NCBI GenBank assembly: GCA_963662715.1
Contig: OY759724.1
Span: forward strand, 1,050,001-1,082,000
DNA length: 32,000 nt
Direction of reading: 5' to 3'
DNA from: Candidatus Omnitrophota bacterium
GTDB taxonomy: Bacteria; Omnitrophota; Gorgyraeia; Zapsychrales; JANLHA01
The notes under the pieces: model-generated
The model's database searches: none
What the model was told of the DNA's origin: nothing
Seen by the model: only the letters and a program-made list of their open reading frames with translations
Made by a program: the position numbers and the translations under genes
In this document: positions 31,991-32,000 of the stretch, in pieces
Layout: every line of letters begins with the position of its first letter
How positions within the stretch are numbered: position 1 is the first letter of the stretch

Positions 31991-32000
31991 ATCCTGGTCG

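Overview
This is a bacterial chromosomal window. I found no rRNA, tRNA, CRISPR array, transposase or integrase. All calls come from reading the supplied translations and the DNA by eye; no searches were run.

Positions 1-18.2 kb hold compact, mostly ordinary genes:
- A minus-strand SGNH-like fragment and a GT-C (ArnT/PMT-like) membrane glycosyltransferase.
- A soluble PAS/PAS hybrid histidine kinase.
- A split YeeE/YedE sulfur-transporter pair plus a TusA-like protein.
- A 525-bp AT-rich divergent intergenic region.
- A four-gene prepilin/pseudopilin cluster with no assembly ATPase, platform protein or prepilin peptidase.
- A CheY-like receiver, two unknown membrane proteins, and a secreted TPR + long coiled-coil protein.
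- mutS and mutL. MutL carries the endonuclease motifs DQHAAQERITFE and CPHGRP.

The remaining 13.8 kb (18143-31990, minus strand, 43% of the window) is one uninterrupted ORF of at least 4,615 aa. Its frame is still open at the window edge. It overlaps the mutL 3' end by 67 nt.

Read by eye, this ORF concatenates many unrelated enzyme-like modules:
- two GNAT-like acetyltransferases
- two Cys-His-Asp transglutaminase/papain-like cores, the first followed by TPR-like repeats
- three beta-rich modules
- a multi-pass-membrane ICMT/PEMT-like methyltransferase embedded mid-chain
- a PRTase-like fold, an atypical kinase-like fold and an adenylate-kinase-like P-loop
- about 950 C-terminal residues of unknown function

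The ORF also contains duplicated ~1-kb modules, a near-perfect 111-bp tandem repeat, and a strongly over-represented 'SSP[V/I/L/M]' tetrapeptide. That tetrapeptide sits at essentially every boundary between recognisable domains. This giant ORF is the candidate undescribed system. Its domain calls need profile and structure searches to confirm.
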